Positions 58,835-64,000 of a DNA stretch of 64,000 nt are shown piece after piece. The stretch's first letter is position 1; every line of letters begins with the position of its first letter. The notes below the pieces were generated by a model, which had not been told where the DNA came from, made no database searches, and worked only from the letters and a program-made list of their open reading frames with translations. Origin of the DNA: Eubacteriales bacterium (GTDB lineage: Bacteria > Bacillota > Clostridia > Oscillospirales > CAG-272); the NCBI GenBank assembly GCA_045598385.1, contig JAZLLY010000016.1, positions 153 through 64,152 on the forward strand, given 5' to 3'. Made by a program: the position numbers and the translations under genes.

Positions 58835-61165
58835 TCAGACTGTCGGAAGACAGTCTTTTTTTTGCGCATTTTCGCGTAACGGTTCGATGGTTATCAATTG
58901 TACGGCATCGTCGAGCCATTCTACCGAGACAGCATCACCGTAACGGTAGAGTCCTTTCGCGATACCGGAAGATAAGGGATCTCCGATTTCTTCGTACAAG
59001 GATAAGATGGAAGCTCTCGAGCCGCATCCCGCTATCCGATTTTTGCGCACGATATTCCGGAGAACGGCATCGGATATTTGAATGTTTATCCCGATCTTTT
59101 CACATCGAACGGTAAGTTCTTTTGCCTTACGGCAGAGAATACGATAAAGAGCTTCATCGTTCAGATGAGAAAATATAATGACATCATCCAGCCGTGCAAG
59201 CCATTCTTCCGAAAAAAATTCTTTCAGAAGTTTCATGTCCGGTTCATTCATCGGAGAACCGTGTTGACGGGAAAATCCTGCCACAGAACTCTTGCCGGAA
59301 AAACCGAGATTTGATGTCATAATAACAATAGTATGCAAAAAACTGACTTTTTTTCCGGCAGAATCTGTCAGGAAGCCCTCATCGTTTAACTGCAAAAGAA
59401 GATTTCTTACTTCGCGATTCGCTTTTTCGATCTCATCGAAAAGGATGACGGAATAGGGATGCCGATATACTTTTTCCGTCAGTGTGGCGCTATCGTCATA
59501 ACCGACGTAACCCGGGGGCGTTCCGATCAGTTTCGAGACGGAATGCGCCTCCGAAAATTCGGACATATCGTATCGTATCAGCGCACCGTTCCTGCGGTAA
59601 AACGTATCGGATAGCGCTTTTGCAAGTTCGGTTTTTCCGACGCCGCTCGGTCCGAGAAATAAAAAGATACCGATAGGTCGATCCGGATTTCCGATACCCG
59701 TTCTGTTTCTTACGATGGCTCCGGTTATTTTCTCTATGGCTTTGTCCTGGCCGTATATCCGTTCTTTCAGTTGATTACCGAGCGAGAAAAGGTCAAAATC
59801 TTTGGATTCTTCAAGGGGGATGCCGGTCATAACGGTGACTGCCGTCCGGATATCCTTTTCGGTAAGCTTCAAAGGCATTTTCGGTGAAATATTTTCAGAC
59901 TTGCAAACAGGATCAACGTCGCAAACCATTTTCTTTTGATTCCTATGGCGGACGGAAAGAGAAGCGCAGGATTCGTCTAAAAGATCAATCGCTTTATCCG
60001 GCATTTTCCGACCGTCTATATATTCCCGTGATAATCTGACGACGGAAGAAAGGGCGTTTTCGTCTATTCTGATGCCGTGAAAGTTTTCGTAACGGTTCTT
60101 GATCCCTTTCAGGATAAAAAGCGTTTCCTCGTCGTTCGGTTCTTCCACAAAGATCGGCTGAAATCGTCTGGACAATGCGGCGTCTTTTTCAATGGTTTTT
60201 CTGTATTCGTCAGCAGTTGTCGCACCGATCAATTGTATTTCACCGCGCGAGAGATCCGGTTTCAATATATTCGATGCGTCGATGGCACCTTCAGCCGCGC
60301 CGGCACCGACGATCGTGTGTATTTCGTCGATGAAAAGAACGATCTCTGGATGTTTTTTAACTTCGTCCATGATCGTTTTGAGACGTTCTTCAAAATCCCC
60401 ACGATATTTCGTCCCGGCAATCACAAGTGTCAGATCCAAGGTCAGAATGTGTTTGTTTTGCAATACGGGAGGAACGTTTCCGTCGGCAATACATTGCGCA
60501 AGCCCTTCGGCAATCGCCGTTTTCCCGACACCTGCCTCACCTATCAAACACGGATTGTTTTTGAATTTACGACAAAGAATGCAAATCATTCTTTGCATTT
60601 CCGATTCTCTCCCGATGACCGGCTCGAGTTTTCCTTCAGTCGCCATGGCCGTGAGATCTTTGCCGTAACGCAAGATGGATAGATTTGCCGGGATCCCGTT
60701 ATTTTTTCCCGAACATTCTTTCCATTTTTCTCCCGCCTTCAGAATTGTCAGCGTATCATCGCGTAGACGAATAATGTCAACAGACAGGTATTGAAGTACT
60801 TTTATCGCCATACATTCTTTTTCTTCGAGAATTGCCAAAAGAATGTGTTCGGTTCCTATTTTTTGAGCATTGTATTTTACCGTCAGTCTATAAGAATTTT
60901 CGATAATCCTTTTACATCTCGGCGTCATATTCTGCGGTGTCAGCGAGGTTTTATCGTATATCCCGACGTACTCTCTGATGGCTTTATCAAGAATGGGGGA
61001 AGAACAATTGTATTTTCTTAAAACCGACTTGGCAGAAGAGCAATCCTGTTTCACCAAAGAAAGAAGAATATGTTCGGATCCGACGTAGGTATGACCGAAG
61101 TTCTCGGCGATCTCCACCGTTTGATTCAATGCTTTTTCCGCAAACAAAGTGAATTTATTACCCAA
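58835..61165 (-). CDS. ClpC/ClpA-like AAA+ ATPase lacking the coiled-coil M-domain
   Basis: Two Clp-N repeats (GSEHILL, GTEHILL), GEAGVGKT, KYRG, FIDEIH, GPSGVGKT, PPGYVG, FDEIEKA; TTG start after GAGGAAG inferred. Confidence 0.88.
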   Translation of the reverse strand: MGNKFTLFAEKALNQTVEIAENFGHTYVGSEHILLSLVKQDCSSAKSVLRKYNCSSPILDKAIREYVGIYDKTSLTPQNMTPRCKRIIENSYRLTVKYNAQKIGTEHILLAILEEKECMAIKVLQYLSVDIIRLRDDTLTILKAGEKWKECSGKNNGIPANLSILRYGKDLTAMATEGKLEPVIGRESEMQRMICILCRKFKNNPCLIGEAGVGKTAIAEGLAQCIADGNVPPVLQNKHILTLDLTLVIAGTKYRGDFEERLKTIMDEVKKHPEIVLFIDEIHTIVGAGAAEGAIDASNILKPDLSRGEIQLIGATTADEYRKTIEKDAALSRRFQPIFVEEPNDEETLFILKGIKNRYENFHGIRIDENALSSVVRLSREYIDGRKMPDKAIDLLDESCASLSVRHRNQKKMVCDVDPVCKSENISPKMPLKLTEKDIRTAVTVMTGIPLEESKDFDLFSLGNQLKERIYGQDKAIEKITGAIVRNRTGIGNPDRPIGIFLFLGPSGVGKTELAKALSDTFYRRNGALIRYDMSEFSEAHSVSKLIGTPPGYVGYDDSATLTEKVYRHPYSVILFDEIEKANREVRNLLLQLNDEGFLTDSAGKKVSFLHTIVIMTSNLGFSGKSSVAGFSRQHGSPMNEPDMKLLKEFFSEEWLARLDDVIIFSHLNDEALYRILCRKAKELTVRCEKIGINIQISDAVLRNIVRKNRIAGCGSRASILSLYEEIGDPLSSGIAKGLYRYGDAVSVEWLDDAVQLITIEPLRENAQKKDCLPTV
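58837..58863 (+). terminator. Terminator after tRNAs
   Basis: AGACTGTC-GGAA-GACAGTCT followed by T-tract. Confidence 0.85.
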
Positions 61166-61231
61166 TGGCTCTTCCTCTTTCTTTTTTTGGAAAGTATATC
61201 CGTTCTTTCGGATTTTAAGCAAAATCAACTG

Positions 61232-61735
61232 TTATTTTTCGAGTGTGCCAAGAACTTTCTGCAATTCCCGCATAAAGTCTCTTGAAACCGTCCCCGTCAC
61301 GGGCTTATGCAGTTTTTTCTGCATGGACTTGACTGCGTCTTCCGTTCGATCGGAAAAATAACCGCTGTGAAACGTTTTCGTTCCGTCGCCGTAATGTTCG
61401 GACAAGCTGTTCAAAATGTTTTGAAGGATCTCCACGTAAACGCCCTGTGACGTTACCCGCAGAGGAAAAGGATCGTTCCGTGTTTCTTTTTGCTCCGCCA
61501 TGACATTTGCGACGTTTTCCGCTTCGCCGCAGAGAAGGACGAATGTTTCGTAATCCACTTTGCCCGTCTCTTGCAATCCGTTATCGTGCTGAAATCGCAG
61601 GACGGCTTCTGCCGTCTCTGTCCCGTAAACGCCGTCGATCGGCAGCGTTTTTGTCTCATCTTTCGCATATTCGATATCGAGAAGTTTCGCTTGCACGTTT
61701 TTTACGGCTTCATTTTTATCTTCGATACTGTACAT
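61232..61735 (-). CDS. Peptidoglycan-binding domain protein (2 PG_binding_1-like repeats)
   Basis: DGVYGTETAEAVLRFQHDNGLQETGKVD; GYFSDRTEDAVKSMQ...TGTV; AGGAG RBS. Confidence 0.85.
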   Translation of the reverse strand: MYSIEDKNEAVKNVQAKLLDIEYAKDETKTLPIDGVYGTETAEAVLRFQHDNGLQETGKVDYETFVLLCGEAENVANVMAEQKETRNDPFPLRVTSQGVYVEILQNILNSLSEHYGDGTKTFHSGYFSDRTEDAVKSMQKKLHKPVTGTVSRDFMRELQKVLGTLEK

Positions 61736-61743
61736 AAGTTCTC

Positions 61744-63138
61744 CTATGAGATAACGTAACCCGGGTACTGCTTGTCGGTCGCCAATGATCCGGAATAAAA
61801 ATCTTCGTAAACCGAAACGATAGCGTTCCACGTCAACGTGTTGACACGCCCGGTCTTTACCGGAAGACCGTAAAATTCCTGAAAAGTCCTGACGGCCTTT
61901 TCGGTCTGCGTTCCGTATATCCCGTCCACTTCAACTTTGGAAATGACGGGGTTTCTGTCGGAGATATAATTCAGATACGATTGCAGGACTCTGACATCGT
62001 CACCGTCGATACCTATCCTCAATATCCGTCCGGGATACGGTTTGATCTCTCCGGCGACGTAAACATAAGGTATATCGCTCACCAGCCCGTAATAGACGTT
62101 TTGCATCTTATCCCACACGGCGCGATCCACGATCCCGGTTTCGGGAAGACCGTATGTACGCTGAAACGCGATCACGGCGTCTTTTGTCAAAGGTCCGAAT
62201 GATCCGTCAACCTTGACAGTCGGCACGGTAGGGAGATAGGAACCGATATAGTTCAGATAATACTGCAAAACGACGACACCTACGGAATCCATCCCTTCGC
62301 GCAGGTCAGCAACAAACTGCGTCGAAATATCCGACAGAGAGATCCCCTCGGAATAAAGTTCCGAAAGATTTTTGACGGCACTGTAAACGCTTTCGATCCG
62401 ATACCAGTTCGTCGGTGATACTTCACCCGTCACTTCGTATCCGAATACTTCTTCAAATCGCTTCACAGCTTGGGTAGTTGAGCTTCCGTAAAATCCGTCT
62501 GCCGGGTAGATTTTCGGAATGCCGGGGAAATTGGAGGAAATCCGATTCAGTCGTCTCTGAATCAGTTCCACGTCCCGTCCCGCCTCTCCTTCACGGAGCG
62601 TGACGGGCGGCGCGCTGGCTTCAACAGAACCGACAGGCACGTTTTTCACGATCTCGATATCATTGCCGTAATAACTTTTGAGAATATCGAGATAAGATAG
62701 CCCGTTGTTTGCGAGGGCGACCGTTCCCCATTGAGAAAGCCCGTCGCACGTTACGTTCACGCCGTCGCAGAATTTGGCAAAAAGCGGTTCTATCCGTCCG
62801 ATTTTCCGGATATACGAATTGAATATTTCATCGACGATTCCGGCGATGTTCTGATAAATATCACGTTGATATACGTACTTCTGATCGTTGGCAGGTGTTG
62901 ACGTTATGTCAAAATCATAGCCGCGCGAACGGTAATATTCCGTATAAACGCGGTTCATCGCCACCGAGATCTGTGCGAGAATATTGGCTATCAATGATTC
63001 TTTCGGCCAGGTCGGATATATTTCACTCGATGCCACGTTCTTTATGTAGTCGCTGAAGTTTTCCGTGACGTTTTCCGCGTCCTGGTCCGGACGTCCGAGG
63101 TGGATGACAATCGTATTAGGGATAATGGGATAATCCAT
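61744..63138 (-). CDS. sleC: SleC-like spore cortex-lytic enzyme (mature-domain start) with 3 PG-binding repeats
   Basis: DYIKNVASSEIYPTWP, NRVYTEYYRSRGYDFDITS, FCDG..C..LSQWG, ILKSYYG; three DGxY/FG..T..AV..F repeats. Confidence 0.85.
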   Translation of the reverse strand: MDYPIIPNTIVIHLGRPDQDAENVTENFSDYIKNVASSEIYPTWPKESLIANILAQISVAMNRVYTEYYRSRGYDFDITSTPANDQKYVYQRDIYQNIAGIVDEIFNSYIRKIGRIEPLFAKFCDGVNVTCDGLSQWGTVALANNGLSYLDILKSYYGNDIEIVKNVPVGSVEASAPPVTLREGEAGRDVELIQRRLNRISSNFPGIPKIYPADGFYGSSTTQAVKRFEEVFGYEVTGEVSPTNWYRIESVYSAVKNLSELYSEGISLSDISTQFVADLREGMDSVGVVVLQYYLNYIGSYLPTVPTVKVDGSFGPLTKDAVIAFQRTYGLPETGIVDRAVWDKMQNVYYGLVSDIPYVYVAGEIKPYPGRILRIGIDGDDVRVLQSYLNYISDRNPVISKVEVDGIYGTQTEKAVRTFQEFYGLPVKTGRVNTLTWNAIVSVYEDFYSGSLATDKQYPGYVIS

Positions 63139-63146
63139 GTTCTCTC

Positions 63147-63530
63147 CTATTCCAAGACTACGTCATAGTCTTTCGGGACATTGTTTGCCGCGTCATATCT
63201 TGAAACCGGCGTCATGTTGACGGGGAGTTCCGTTGTAATACCGGGATAAACGGAAACATTGAAAACGGATTTTTTATAATATCCCTCGGCCGTCACCGTC
63301 ACGTTGAGTTCCGAGTATCCTTTTTCGGCGGTCATAGGAGATGCCGTAAGTTCGGGGGAAGGTGTTTTCACACTCATCGTCGGCGTTACGCCGTCCGCAT
63401 TTGAAAACGAACTCATTCGCTCGTTCTTGATCTGTTCCGACGTACCCACGAACAATACCGTTGCGTTTTCAAGGGGATAAGCACCGTTTCCGCTGGTGAT
63501 ACGAAGATAAATATTACCAAAATACTGCAA
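63147..63530 (-). CDS. SleC N-terminal pre-domain-like protein (carboxypeptidase-regulatory-like fold)
   Basis: TTG start after GGAGGAG; PLENATV, SNADGVT, GYSELNVTVTAEGY, PVNMTP. Confidence 0.75.
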   Translation of the reverse strand: MQYFGNIYLRITSGNGAYPLENATVLFVGTSEQIKNERMSSFSNADGVTPTMSVKTPSPELTASPMTAEKGYSELNVTVTAEGYYKKSVFNVSVYPGITTELPVNMTPVSRYDAANNVPKDYDVVLE

Positions 63531-63562
63531 GATTTTCTCCTCCGTTTTATTGATAAAATCGC

Positions 63563-63591
63563 TTGACTTCAGTCGAATTTTAGGGTATAAT
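63563..63591 (+). promoter_or_regulatory. SigA promoter of prs
   Basis: TTGACT-17-TATAAT. Confidence 0.7.
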
Positions 63592-63617
63592 GTTAGCCGA
63601 GGAGGGAGACTATTCGT

Positions 63618-63643
63618 ATTGTATGCATACAAAACGGAGACGT
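63618..63643 (-). promoter_or_regulatory. SigK-like promoter candidate for sleC cluster
   Basis: Minus strand AC-16-CATACAAT; low-information motif. Confidence 0.35.
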
Positions 63644-63673
63644 CCCTCTATTTTTTTGCTTTGTGAGGATATC

Positions 63674-64000
63674 ATGAAAGAGCATTTGTTTGGCGATCTT
63701 TGTGTCATCGGCATGAAAGGTTGTGAAGAATTCACCGCTGAAGTTGACAGTTATCTCAAGTCTTTCCGTGCCGGTTTTGAAGACGTCGATACCTACGTCA
63801 CCAACGCCGATTGTCCCCGTTTCGGAAGCGGAGAAGCGAAAGGCGCCGTTCATCACTCCATGCGCGGTCAGGACGTTTATATCATATGCGACGTGTTCAA
63901 TCACGGTGTTACATACAAAATGTACGGGCAGTCCGTTCCCATGAGCCCCGACGATCACTATCAGGATCTGAAAAGAGTCATTGGCGCTATCGGCGGTAAA
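63674..64000 (+). CDS. prs: Ribose-phosphate pyrophosphokinase (5' part, runs off window)
   Basis: GAGGA RBS; MKEHLFG...CPRFGSGEAKG...RGQDVYIICDVFN...MSPDDHYQDLKRVIGA; absent from ORF track because there is no stop in the window. Confidence 0.9.
   Translation, partial: MKEHLFGDLCVIGMKGCEEFTAEVDSYLKSFRAGFEDVDTYVTNADCPRFGSGEAKGAVHHSMRGQDVYIICDVFNHGVTYKMYGQSVPMSPDDHYQDLKRVIGAIGGK

Noticed and set aside
58753-59115. 120-aa plus-strand ORF
   Set aside because: It translates tRNA-His and runs antisense to the Clp ATPase.
63139-63149. Stop read-through or frameshift rejoining the two SleC halves
   Set aside because: The 8-nt out-of-frame gap has a dedicated AGGAG RBS and no slippery site; independent initiation is more parsimonious.

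Overview
Housekeeping-rich chromosomal segment (roughly 50% GC by eye) of a spore-forming Clostridia-class Firmicute. I see no transposase, integrase, prophage, CRISPR or rRNA. Contents in order: tRNA-Leu with a palindromic repeat array behind it; ruvC-methyltransferase-ecfA1A2T-truA; a class A PBP; a Nudix hydrolase; a heterodimeric ABC exporter; a gltX-rpiR-HI0933-cmk/plsC-ispH/rpsA operon; an orphan histidine kinase with dinB; a Crp/Fnr regulator with an ABC importer; cdaA plus a 31-aa ORF, an FAD oxidoreductase, recJ, rel, dtd and hemZ; spoVB-like, hup and yabOPQ; glgBCDAP and a GH13; DUF3343 with a cysteine desulfurase; glnS and comF; rpmG-secE-nusG-rplK-rplA; several small genes; tRNA-Arg and tRNA-His; a sleC-related cluster with a Clp ATPase; and the 5' end of prs. 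The best candidate for an undescribed system is 58.8-63.5 kb. There the cortex-lytic enzyme SleC appears split into a separate pre-domain gene and a gene starting at the mature N-terminus with no inhibitory propeptide, followed by a PG-binding-only protein and a ClpC-like ATPase lacking its M-domain. Other leads are sporulation-sigma promoter motifs inside terminator hairpins, a TM-only mini-CdaR, a Walker A K->N change in the exporter, an internal S1 start in ispH-rpsA, and a degenerate Smr protein. All family calls come from motif recognition by eye and recalled family knowledge; no database searches were run.
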